A stretch of 41,581 nt of DNA from Elusimicrobiota bacterium (GCA_041694815.1 JBGFSC010000037.1:1-41581), one strand, 5' to 3'. Numbered from the stretch's first letter, positions 26,175 to 34,806 are shown. The notes: generated by a model not told the origin, from the sequence alone. A program made the numbers and translations.

Positions 26175-27506
26175 ATGACAACCGAAGCGAAGGTAGGCGC
26201 ATTCATCATCGCGGGCCTCGTGTTCCTCGGGGTCGCGATTTTTCTTTTGGGCGATTTCACTTTCCAATCGCGCTATACCCTGTACGTGACCTTCCACGAC
26301 GTCGCCGGCCTCTCGGAGAAGGCGCCGGTCAAGCTCTCGGGCGTGGAGGTGGGCAAGATACGCGGCATCGACCTCTTGGGAGACCTGGCGCGCGTGGAGG
26401 CGTCGATCTCGTCGAAGGTGCCGGTGTACCGCGACGCGGTGTTCTCGATCGGGTCGACCGGCATCATCGGCTCGAAATTCCTGCAGATCGACCAGGGGCG
26501 GCCGGAGACGGGCACGATCCCGCCCAAGACTACCGTCCAAGGCCAGGACCCCGTCTCCATCGAGAAGGCGATCACCAAGGCGTTGCATAGTCTCCAGGAG
26601 CTCTTGGGCGGCGGTCCCGGGGACAAGGGCACCCTGGCCAAGAACCTCAACGCCACGGTGGCCAACGTGCGTAACCTCACGGCGAATCTCGACGAGCTCG
26701 TCGCCGACACCAAGCCGCAGATCACCAGCGCCTTGGGGAGGCTCGACTCGATCACGGCCAAGCTCGATTCGGTGCTCGCCAAGACCAACGAGATGATGGC
26801 GGCGATCAACCAGTCCAAGGGGCCCGTCGGCGCGCTGCTGCACGACGAGAAGATGAAGAACGACGTCAAGGAGACGATGTCGAGCCTCAAGGAGGCCGCC
26901 GGCACGGCTAAGGACGTGTTGGGCCGCATGACGCAGTTCAGGGTCTATTGGAACTACGACTGGCGCTACGAGCACGCCATCCGCGCCTCGCGCACGGACC
27001 TCGGGCTCAAGATCTCGCCCCGCGAGGGGCGCTACTATTACCTGGGCGGCTCCAACATCGCCAATACCTCCGACGAGCCGCGGGCGGGGGATTTCACCAA
27101 GAAGAATACGGTCGACGCCATGCTGGGCTGGACCGGGGATACGATCGGCACCCGGTGGGACTTGGGGATCGGAGTCATCCGTTCGGGAGGGGGCGCCCGC
27201 GTGACCTTGACCCCGGCGGCCGAGCATCCCGTCTGGGGACGCTTCAGCGTCACGGCGCAAGCCTACGATTTCGGCCGGAGCCGGACCGTCAACGGGCATA
27301 AGTACACCAAGCCCGCCTACGACGTCGGAGCACAGGTCCGCCTACACCGTGTCGTGGGGGTCGGCGCCCGCGTGGAGGATTTGAGCGACACCAAGCGCGG
27401 GCAGACCTGGGTCAACGTCTCTTTCGAGGACAAGGATATCGCCTACCTGTTCGGCATGGTGACGTTTGGAGCCGCCGGGACGAGGGGCCGCAGCAAGAGC
27501 AGATAA
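26175..27506 (+). CDS. mlaD: MlaD/MCE protein with a helical linker and a C-terminal beta-barrel-like domain
   Basis: N-terminal TM, MCE domain (PVKLSGVEVG, TGIIGSKF), a long amphipathic helical region, then about 185 aa of alternating beta-strands. Confidence 0.88.
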   Translation: MTTEAKVGAFIIAGLVFLGVAIFLLGDFTFQSRYTLYVTFHDVAGLSEKAPVKLSGVEVGKIRGIDLLGDLARVEASISSKVPVYRDAVFSIGSTGIIGSKFLQIDQGRPETGTIPPKTTVQGQDPVSIEKAITKALHSLQELLGGGPGDKGTLAKNLNATVANVRNLTANLDELVADTKPQITSALGRLDSITAKLDSVLAKTNEMMAAINQSKGPVGALLHDEKMKNDVKETMSSLKEAAGTAKDVLGRMTQFRVYWNYDWRYEHAIRASRTDLGLKISPREGRYYYLGGSNIANTSDEPRAGDFTKKNTVDAMLGWTGDTIGTRWDLGIGVIRSGGGARVTLTPAAEHPVWGRFSVTAQAYDFGRSRTVNGHKYTKPAYDVGAQVRLHRVVGVGARVEDLSDTKRGQTWVNVSFEDKDIAYLFGMVTFGAAGTRGRSKSR

Positions 27507-27511
27507 GGACC

Positions 27512-28924
27512 GTGTCGAAACTCAAGTCCGTCCACCGCTGCCAGGAGTGCGGCTTTTCCAGCCCTAAATGGCTCGGGCAATGCCCGGGCTGCTCGGGCTG
27601 GAATACGCTCGTCGAGGAGGCGGTGGAGGTGCGCCCCGCCTCGGGCAAGGCGGGATCGCGCCGCGCCCTCACCGATTTCAGCTCGGGCCTGCGCAAGCTC
27701 CATGAGATCGGCGAGCAGGAGGACCACCGCATCCTCACGGGCGTCGGGGAGCTCGACCGGCTTTTGGGCGGGGGGCTGTTGCGCGGCCAGGTGGCGCTTT
27801 TGGCCGGCCCGCCCGGGATCGGGAAGTCCACCTTGATGCTGCAGGCGGCCTCCGCGCTTTCGGCCGCGGGAAAAAAAGTGCTCTACGTCAGCGGCGAGGA
27901 GTCGCTGGGCCAGGTCTCAGGTAGGGCGCGCCGTCTAGGGTTGGGCGGAGGGGAGCTGCTTTTGGCCTCCGAGACCGACCTGGGCAAGGTGCTCGAGGCC
28001 ATAGACTCGGAGTCGCCCGATCTGCTCATCCTCGATTCGATCCAGACCGTCTACCACCCGGACCTGATGGGCAGCCCCGGCTCGGTGGGCCAGGTGCGCG
28101 AATGCGCGGCCGAGCTGCTGCGCGCGGCCAAGAGCCGCGGCACCATCGTCCTGCTCTTGGGCCACGTGACCAAGGAAGGGAGCCTGGCGGGCCCCAAGGT
28201 GCTCGAGCATATCGTCGACACCGTGCTCGCCTTCGACACCGAGAGCCACGACCTGCTGCGCGTGCTGCGCGTGCAGAAGAACCGCTTCGGGCCGTCCTCG
28301 GAGATCGCCCTCTTCGAGATGGGCGAGAAGGGCTTGGTCGAGATGGCCGACGCCTCGGCCTTTTTCCTCTCCGAGCGCGGCGCCGAGCCGGCCGCCGGGC
28401 GCGCCGTCTCCGTGGCGATGGAGGGCTCTAGGCCGCTGCTCATCGAGGTGCAGGCCCTGGTGACCCCGACGCGTTACCCCCTTCCCCGGCGCATGGCGAC
28501 CGGGCTGGACTTGAACCGCACCCTGGTCCTGATCGCGGCCTTGGAGAAGCATCTCAAGCTCCGCCTCGAGAACCGGGACGTGTTCCTCAGCTTGGCGGGA
28601 GGGCTCAGGCCGAAGGACCCGGCGCTGGATTTGGCCGTCTGCATGGCCTTGGTCAGCTCCGCGCGGGAGCAGGCCCTGCCCGCGGACCAGGTTTTCATCG
28701 GGGAGGTGGGACTACTCGGCAACGTCAGCCGCGTACCGTTTCTGCCGCAAAGGCTCAAGGAGGCCGAGAAGATGGGGTTTTCCTCGGCCCTCGCTCCCCA
28801 GCGCTCGCTCAAGGACCTTAAGCCCTCGTCGTGGGGCGGCCGCCTGTCGGCCCGTGGCGTCTGGAGCCTATCCGAGTGCGCGGGGAAAATTTCGGGAGGC
28901 AAGCGTGACCACGTGGATCTTTAG
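27512..28924 (+). CDS. radA: DNA repair protein RadA/Sms
   Basis: C4 zinc finger, GPPGIGKST, KNRFG and a Lon-like C-terminal domain. Confidence 0.97.
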   Translation: MSKLKSVHRCQECGFSSPKWLGQCPGCSGWNTLVEEAVEVRPASGKAGSRRALTDFSSGLRKLHEIGEQEDHRILTGVGELDRLLGGGLLRGQVALLAGPPGIGKSTLMLQAASALSAAGKKVLYVSGEESLGQVSGRARRLGLGGGELLLASETDLGKVLEAIDSESPDLLILDSIQTVYHPDLMGSPGSVGQVRECAAELLRAAKSRGTIVLLLGHVTKEGSLAGPKVLEHIVDTVLAFDTESHDLLRVLRVQKNRFGPSSEIALFEMGEKGLVEMADASAFFLSERGAEPAAGRAVSVAMEGSRPLLIEVQALVTPTRYPLPRRMATGLDLNRTLVLIAALEKHLKLRLENRDVFLSLAGGLRPKDPALDLAVCMALVSSAREQALPADQVFIGEVGLLGNVSRVPFLPQRLKEAEKMGFSSALAPQRSLKDLKPSSWGGRLSARGVWSLSECAGKISGGKRDHVDL

Positions 28925-29891
28925 AGGCGTTGTATTGCTGGGCTGCCCTCTGCTCGTCTACCTGCAGATTTCCAAAGACCCCAAGAGCGTGGCGGTCGGC
29001 GTGGCGGTGGGGCTGCTGCTGGTGCTGCTGGAGGCGCTCATCGAGAGCATCAACCTGTTTAGCATGGTCTCCGGCATCTTGGGGGCCGCGGGCGGCATCA
29101 TCGCCATGAAGCTCATCGACTATACCGTGTTCCAGGTCGGCAACGATGCCCTGTTTCATTGGTGGGACAAGTATTCGGTTCTGCGCTACTTCGCCTTCGC
29201 CGCGCTGGGGACCATCCTGGCCATCCGCAAATTGCCGGAGCTCGACAGCCTCGACAAGGACATCCTTGAGCTGGGAAAGCGGCGGGGCGCCGAGCTCAAG
29301 GTGATGGACACCAGCGCCATCGTCGACGGGCGCGTGATCGATATCTGCGAGACCAAGTTCCTTTCCGGCTCGCTGATCGTGCCGCGCTTCGTGCTCAACG
29401 AGCTACACCGACTGGCCGACTCGCAGGACTCGCTCAAGCGGGCGCGCGGCCGGCGCGGCTTGGACGTCCTGGCCAGGCTGCAGGAAAGCGCGCACATCCC
29501 CCTTAAGATCGTCGACAAGGACATCCCGGACGTCGCCGAGGTCGACGGCAAGGTGGTGCGTTTCGCCAAGGAGCTCGGGGGCAAGGTGCTGACCACCGAT
29601 TTCAACTTGAACAAGATCGCCGCCCTGGAGGGCGTCATCTGCCTCAACGTCAACGATCTATCGACCGCCTTAAAGCCCGTCGTCCTGCCCGGCGAGAGCA
29701 TGAGCCTTTTCGTCATGAAGGAGGGCAAGGAGCGAGACCAGGGCATCGGCTATCTCGACGACGGCACCATGGTGGTCGTCGAGGACGGCCGCCGCTTCAT
29801 CGGCAAGCGCATCGACGTTTCGGTGGCCTCCATCCTGCAGACCTCGGCGGGGCGCATGATCTTCGTCAAGGCGAAGGGCGAGCGCGGCTGA
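28905..29891 (+). CDS. PIN/TRAM domain membrane protein (YacL-like)
   Basis: TM N-terminus, DTSAIVDGR, RGRRGLD, TTDFNL and GYLDDGTMVVVE. GTG start with SD GGGAGG. Confidence 0.93.
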   Translation: MTTWIFRGVVLLGCPLLVYLQISKDPKSVAVGVAVGLLLVLLEALIESINLFSMVSGILGAAGGIIAMKLIDYTVFQVGNDALFHWWDKYSVLRYFAFAALGTILAIRKLPELDSLDKDILELGKRRGAELKVMDTSAIVDGRVIDICETKFLSGSLIVPRFVLNELHRLADSQDSLKRARGRRGLDVLARLQESAHIPLKIVDKDIPDVAEVDGKVVRFAKELGGKVLTTDFNLNKIAALEGVICLNVNDLSTALKPVVLPGESMSLFVMKEGKERDQGIGYLDDGTMVVVEDGRRFIGKRIDVSVASILQTSAGRMIFVKAKGERG

Positions 29892-31048
29892 TGCCCGCCG
29901 GGGCTGTCATCGTCGCGGCCGGGACCGGCTCGCGCATGGGCCGCCCTAAGCAGTTCCTACCCCTGCGCGGCCGCCCGATGCTTGACTGGACGCTCGAGAC
30001 CTTCCTGGGGATGGCCGAGTTCGAACGCTTGGTGGTCGTGCTGGCCCCGGAAACCCTGCGCGAGCACGGCGATAGGCTACGGAGCGAACGCGTGCGCGTC
30101 GTCGAGGGGGGGCTGACGCGGATGGGCTCGGTGCGCAACGGGCTCTCGGCCTTGGGGCCGGAGATCGACCTGGTGGCGGTGCACGACGGAGCGCGCCCCT
30201 TGGTCAGCCGCGAAGTCGCCCTCGCCTGCCTTAAGGCCGCCGCCGAGACGGGGGCCGCGTTGCCCGGAGTCCCCGTCAAGGACACGCTCAAGGAGGTCCG
30301 GAGCCCGCAGCTGTGGGTGCATGCCACGCCCGAGCGCTCGGCGTACTGGCTGGCCCAGACCCCCCAATGCTACCGGCGCTCGGTTTTAGAGGGGGCGCTG
30401 GAAAAGTTTTCGGACGATAAGGACGCGACCGACGAGTCGCAATTGGTCGAGCGCGCCGGGCATCGCGTGCGCGTCGTGCCTTCGACCTATGAGAACATCA
30501 AGGTGACGACTCCCGAGGATCTGGCCGTGGCCGGTGCGTTCCTCGACAGCCGCTGGGGCGCCGCGCGGCGCGAGAGCCGCACCGGTTTCGGCTTCGACAT
30601 CCACCGCCTCGTGGAGGGCCGGCCCCTGTGGCTGGCCGGCCTGCGTCTGGCGCATCCCAAGGGGCTGCTCGGCCACTCCGACGGCGACGTGGTGCTGCAC
30701 GCCGCCTGCGACGCCGTCTTGGGCGCTTCGGGTTTAGGCGAGATCGGGCAGATGTTTCCGCCCGAGGACCCCACGATCAAGGGCATCGAGAGCCGCAGGA
30801 TCGTGGCGCGGGTGCTGGAAAATATCGCTTCCAAGAACCTGGAGCTGCTTCATTTGGATATAACGTTGGTCGCCGAGGAGCCCAAGCTCAAGCCGCAGTA
30901 CGCCGCGCTAATCGAGTCCCTGCAGTCTCTCTGGCGCCTGTCCGCTGGCCGGGTGAATCTTAAGGCCAAGAGCCACGAGGGCTTAGGCGAGATCGGCCGC
31001 GGCGAGGCCATCGCCTGCTACGCCGTGGCCACCGTTGCGTTCCCGTAA
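29891..31048 (+). CDS. ispDF: Bifunctional IspD/IspF
   Basis: AAGTGSRMG..PKQF, HDGARP, QTPQ and NIKVTTPED, then GFDIHRL and HSDGDVVLHA. Confidence 0.95.
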   Translation: MPAGAVIVAAGTGSRMGRPKQFLPLRGRPMLDWTLETFLGMAEFERLVVVLAPETLREHGDRLRSERVRVVEGGLTRMGSVRNGLSALGPEIDLVAVHDGARPLVSREVALACLKAAAETGAALPGVPVKDTLKEVRSPQLWVHATPERSAYWLAQTPQCYRRSVLEGALEKFSDDKDATDESQLVERAGHRVRVVPSTYENIKVTTPEDLAVAGAFLDSRWGAARRESRTGFGFDIHRLVEGRPLWLAGLRLAHPKGLLGHSDGDVVLHAACDAVLGASGLGEIGQMFPPEDPTIKGIESRRIVARVLENIASKNLELLHLDITLVAEEPKLKPQYAALIESLQSLWRLSAGRVNLKAKSHEGLGEIGRGEAIACYAVATVAFP

Positions 31049-31056
31049 ATAATCAT

Positions 31057-31123
31057 AGGTCCAACAGCCCAAATCGGATAGGGACGTAAGGCTCTTGCGG
31101 GTCCCGTGAAGCCATTGAATACT
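31057..31123 (+). promoter_or_regulatory. Tandem 14-bp boxes (array D) plus -10
   Basis: AGGTCCAACAGCCC 31057 and GGGACGTAAGGCTC 31081, period 24. AATACT at 31118-31123 is exactly 23 nt downstream. Confidence 0.55.
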
Positions 31124-31171
31124 GGCTGTATGCGTGTGCTTGCCGCGGTTTATTAGATCGTCTGGAGTCCC

Positions 31172-31768
31172 ATGAAAAATAATGTCGCGTTATTTATGAT
31201 CGTTTTATTTTTGGGGCGGTGTTGCTTCGCGGAGGAATCGCCGGAAGATGCCGCAATGAGCGGGCGGCGCGGTCCTTGGATGGAAACCGCCGGAGATCTG
31301 CAGCCAGCGCCCGTTCGAGCTGGCGGGCTGCCCCGGGCGTCGTTAAAACTGGATACTCCCTTAAGGAAAGCGGCTCTCCCGCGCGCTATGCCGTCCCGAT
31401 CGACGCGTCGTTGCGGAGAAGAAAATCCTCCTTCCGGAACGGTCCGAACCCTGCTGGGAGCCGCCGTAGGCGCCGGAATTGCCGTCGGGGTTAATGCGTT
31501 GATTTCTTACGCGGGCTGGTTGCTTTGGCACCAAAGTTGGATGACCCTGGGTTTATTTGGTTGCGCCCTGGGCATCGCCGCCGGTGTCGTAGGCGCCCGA
31601 AGCGCCCCAGGAGGCAAGGGTTGGCGGGGCTGGGCCAAATCCGGGTTGGCCGCGGCCTTATGCGCGGGTGGAGCTCTCGCCGTGACCGTCGTGGCGATCG
31701 CCGGCCTCTTTGGCATCCTTATGGGCTTGTGTGCGTTAACCTCGTGTATGTCCGGAATGTTTCTTTAG
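31172..31768 (+). CDS. Secreted protein with C-terminal glycine-zipper TM segments
   Basis: Signal peptide, basic/Pro linker and GxxxG-rich helices. SD GGAG. Confidence 0.7.
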   Translation: MKNNVALFMIVLFLGRCCFAEESPEDAAMSGRRGPWMETAGDLQPAPVRAGGLPRASLKLDTPLRKAALPRAMPSRSTRRCGEENPPSGTVRTLLGAAVGAGIAVGVNALISYAGWLLWHQSWMTLGLFGCALGIAAGVVGARSAPGGKGWRGWAKSGLAAALCAGGALAVTVVAIAGLFGILMGLCALTSCMSGMFL

Positions 31769-31776
31769 GAATTGAT

Positions 31777-31815
31777 TCAGAAGCAATCGCGGTAGATTTG
31801 CCCGCGTCGGATCAT
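31777..31815 (-). pseudogene. Stub of a MazF/PemK toxin (MIRRGQIYRDCF*)
   Basis: Starts by ATGA overlap with the antitoxin stop. MIRRGQIY resembles the MazF/PemK N-terminus (M.KRGEIY), then a stop follows after 12 residues. Confidence 0.6.
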
Positions 31816-32015
31816 AGCCCGTCAACTTCGGTGGTTTCGAAGTCCTGCGTGATCGCCCGCGATGCCTTGGCGATCGCTGGGTCTTGCGCCATTTGGGCGA
31901 CGGATCCCTCAAGTTTTTTAGAGGTTTGATGCCGGCATACCTGCTTGGAAAGTTTTCTTGGAAGAAACACCTTCCGTTGAATTTTATCCTTGCTGCTTGA
32001 GATTTCTTTCTTCAT
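31812..32015 (-). CDS. Putative antitoxin of a MazF-type module (orphaned)
   Basis: 67 aa with C-terminus QMAQDPAIAKASRAITQDFETTEVDGL, of the kind seen in MazF-associated antitoxins. Upstream TATAAT. Coupled to the toxin stub. Confidence 0.6.
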   Translation of the reverse strand: MKKEISSSKDKIQRKVFLPRKLSKQVCRHQTSKKLEGSVAQMAQDPAIAKASRAITQDFETTEVDGL

Positions 32016-32158
32016 GATTTTTTAAGTCCGTAATTATAGCTATAAAATGCTTTAACACAAGCCCCCGCGTGATTTACTGCGTCCGGACGTAGTGCCGATA
32101 AGTTTAGAGCAAATTCAAATTAGATGAACATTTTCAATAATAAGCATGAAAAATAAAG

Positions 32159-32212
32159 ACTTTTTTGTTGAATATTTCTTTCCAGGCGTATATCTCTCGA
32201 TTCGGCTATCCT
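32159..32212 (+). promoter_or_regulatory. Conserved AT-rich protease upstream element plus -10 (copy 1)
   Basis: 32159-32190 is 27/32 identical to 33734-33765. -10-like TATCCT at 32207-32212. Confidence 0.65.
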
Positions 32213-32218
32213 GAACGT

Positions 32219-32323
32219 GAAGGTCGCGAAGTCTGCGACCTACGCTAGAGGGAACCCGGTCCGCGCAAGCGGAATACCCCTCTAGAGGTAGAAAGCCGGC
32301 CCCGGCGTAAGCCGGGGCCGGCT
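32219..32323 (+). ncRNA. Candidate structured leader RNA (three hairpins)
   Basis: AGGTCGC/GCGACCT; CTAGAGGG/CCCTCTAG enclosing CCGC-GCAA-GCGG; and a perfect 13-bp AGCCGGCCCCGGC-GTAA-GCCGGGGCCGGCT. Two GNRA loops on the + strand. Confidence 0.5.
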
Positions 32324-32336
32324 GACAAAGAAAAAA

Positions 32337-32520
32337 ATGACACGGTTGATCCTCTTCGCTGCGATCTCCTCGCTCATAAGGCCCGCCGGGGCCATGCCGG
32401 CTTATGGGATCGACGATCGCCAGGAATTGCACGAGCTGGCCGACCCGAGGGTCCGGGAATTGGCCGATTCGCTCGTCGTTTTGACCGACGCGGAAAATCT
32501 GGAGCCCCACGACGGGACGA
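32337..32520 (+). pseudogene. Truncated trypsin-like protease, paralog 2 (signal peptide and N-terminus only)
   Basis: MTRLILFAAISSLIRPAGAMPAYGIDDRQELHELADPRVRELADS aligns with paralogs 1 and 3. There is no catalytic triad, and the ORF runs into the 3' end of mscS. The end coordinate is approximate. Confidence 0.8.
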
Positions 32521-32540
32521 GGAGCGCCTGCGCGAGCTCG

Positions 32541-33578
32541 TTAACGGGCTACCCTAAGCACTTGTTCCGCCGGATAGAGATCAATACCCTCTTTTTGAAG
32601 CCGGGCGTGAAGCTGCTTGACGAAGGCATGCACCAGCGGGCCGCGCTCGGGAAAGCTGCGGGCCTTTAGTCCTACGGTTACCTTGACGGAGGCTCCATCG
32701 AAACCGCCGAAAAGGGCGGAGGGCTGGAAATCGGGCACGGCGCCCTTGGCCTCGAGCTGTACTTGCCGCCCCAACTCCTCGATGATCTGCTCGACCTTCG
32801 CCAGGTCGGCCTTTGGGGATAGCCGGAATTCGACGCCGACGGCGGTCTCGGGAAACGGTTGATGGTAATTCACCAGCGTCGAGTTCGAGAGCTTCGAGTT
32901 GGACAGCAGGATTTCGTTGCCCGCCAAATCCCGCAGCCGCGTGACCCGCCAGCCGACATCGGTCACGAAGCCCTCCTGGCCGGTCTCCAGCTTCACGTAA
33001 TCCCCGACCGAGACCATGCGCGAGGCCACGATATGTATCCCGGCGAACACGTTGGTCAGGGTATCCTGCAGCGCCAGCGCGACCGCGAGCGAGCCGACGC
33101 CCAAAGCGCCCAGGATCGGCGTAATTGACACCCCGAGATTCGAGAGGATGAGTAGGCCGCCCAAAAGCAGCACGGCGGCGCGCGCCAAGTTCTCCGTGAT
33201 GCCGGTGGTCTTGGCACGGCTCCGGAATAGGATCGAATAGCGGCGCACGGCGACGGCCGCGAGCTCCGAGAGGGCGAAGGTGGCCGAGACGAAGAAGGCG
33301 GTGATCACCCCCCGATGCACCAGACTGATTTCCTTGGCGCTCAGGGGTGAGGATTGCGCGGCGGCGGAGATGCCCGCCAGGATGATCCAGGCGGGGATCG
33401 AGCGCAGGACGATGCGGAACTCCTCGAGATGGTCTTGGGGGCTTTCGAACGCCTGGCGCAGCCGGGCGGCCAAAAAGATCCGCGCGAGTATCGCCAAGAC
33501 CACGCTGATGAGAAACAGCGCGACCGGCGTGATCCAGGACCCGAACCAGTCGTCGATCTTTCCCAGCTCCCCGAGCAT
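32541..33578 (-). CDS. mscS: Small-conductance mechanosensitive channel
   Basis: LGVGSLAVALALQDTLTNVFAG, GDYVKL, GFVTDVGWRVT and NSKL motifs. TAGAAT lies 7 nt before the ATG. Confidence 0.93.
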   Translation of the reverse strand: MLGELGKIDDWFGSWITPVALFLISVVLAILARIFLAARLRQAFESPQDHLEEFRIVLRSIPAWIILAGISAAAQSSPLSAKEISLVHRGVITAFFVSATFALSELAAVAVRRYSILFRSRAKTTGITENLARAAVLLLGGLLILSNLGVSITPILGALGVGSLAVALALQDTLTNVFAGIHIVASRMVSVGDYVKLETGQEGFVTDVGWRVTRLRDLAGNEILLSNSKLSNSTLVNYHQPFPETAVGVEFRLSPKADLAKVEQIIEELGRQVQLEAKGAVPDFQPSALFGGFDGASVKVTVGLKARSFPERGPLVHAFVKQLHARLQKEGIDLYPAEQVLRVAR

Positions 33579-33733
33579 GGGCGCTATTCTACTATTTTCC
33601 GCGCGTCAGGCTTTCGATCCGACGTACGCTATGCCAGAGCCATATGCGCGTCTGCTCGCGCGATCAATCTTGAATATTTTAATTGGGAATCAACCCTCAT
33701 CAATCTTTCTAAAATAACCTATTAAAATTAATC

Positions 33734-33787
33734 ACTTTTTTGATGATAATTTCTTTCCGGGCGCAGCGTTCGCAAATCGTTTACCCT
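33734..33787 (+). promoter_or_regulatory. Conserved AT-rich protease upstream element plus -10 (copy 2)
   Basis: ACTTTTTTGATGATAATTTCTTTCCGGGCGCA. -10-like TACCCT at 33782-33787 has the same spacing as copy 1. Confidence 0.65.
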
Positions 33788-33807
33788 GGAGATAAGGATT
33801 TAAACGA

Positions 33808-34806
33808 ATGATACGCCTCGCGCTTGTCTCCTTGGCGGTCGTCGGATTGGTGAAGCCGGCACAAGGGATGCCGACTTACGGTGTCGACGATCGCATGAAT
33901 CTACATCAGGTCATCGATCCGAGTATTCACGCTTTGGCAGAGTCCGTGGCCATCTTTCTTCTCGACAGCCGTCCCTTAGGGGGATATTATCGCTTCAATT
34001 TCTCACGTTTCGAGAACGGAGGAGTAATTCGAGTGAACCGCGCTGGCGAATGGAGTATGTCGGAATTCCCATTTAGCCCAAAGGAACGTTTTTATGGTGA
34101 ACCTCAACTGAGCGATGGCTGGTGCTCGGCCGCTCTGATAGGGCCGGATTTGGTCTTAACCGCTGGCCACTGCGTCGACGAGGAGATATGCCCGCGCCTC
34201 AAGGTCCTGTTTGATTTTGTCCTAGACGAGCATGGACGCGTATCGGCGAGCAGACGTGAGGATGAGGTCTATCAGTGCGGTCAAGTAAAAGGGGTTTGGA
34301 ATCCCGGCGGAGAGGACTGGGCGTTGATCCGGCTGACAAAAACCGTTAAAAACCGCCGGCCATTGCCGATCAATACCACGGGAGCGCGCATTAAGCCTGG
34401 TACACAAGTATTTACCATGGGGTATCCTTATTCGGTTCCGTTGAAAGTCAGCTCAAGGGCGACGGTCCGGTCCAATCAGCCTTCGAAAAATCTTTTTTTG
34501 GCCGATCTCGATGTGATGCCTGGAAATTCGGGAGGGCCGGTCTTCAATGCGAAAACCTTGCTTATCGAAGGGGTCGTCAGTACCCAGGGGCATTCGGGCG
34601 TCGCACGGCGCAAGGATGGCACGATGATTTCCCGACCGCTCCCAAACGACAGCCCTGCCGCCCTGTTGACGCGCGTGACCGGTATTCACGCCGTCTTGCC
34701 TTACTTATATCGTCGCTTGCTCCATCCAGTCGTACTTCCGGAACCCATGCCGGTTGAAGATTTCGAATACTTCCGGGGGGCAAAGCTTTTTAAACCCTAT
34801 CCATAG
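33808..34806 (+). CDS. Secreted trypsin-like (S1) serine protease, paralog 3
   Basis: Signal peptide, then MPTYGVDDR. Triad motifs VLTAGHC, DWALIRL and GNSGGPV. Confidence 0.9.
   Translation: MIRLALVSLAVVGLVKPAQGMPTYGVDDRMNLHQVIDPSIHALAESVAIFLLDSRPLGGYYRFNFSRFENGGVIRVNRAGEWSMSEFPFSPKERFYGEPQLSDGWCSAALIGPDLVLTAGHCVDEEICPRLKVLFDFVLDEHGRVSASRREDEVYQCGQVKGVWNPGGEDWALIRLTKTVKNRRPLPINTTGARIKPGTQVFTMGYPYSVPLKVSSRATVRSNQPSKNLFLADLDVMPGNSGGPVFNAKTLLIEGVVSTQGHSGVARRKDGTMISRPLPNDSPAALLTRVTGIHAVLPYLYRRLLHPVVLPEPMPVEDFEYFRGAKLFKPYP

Noticed and set aside
32521..32669. C-terminal half of the 110-aa ORF 32337-32669 as real protein
   Set aside because: It is read-through antisense to the mscS 3' end after protease homology stops.
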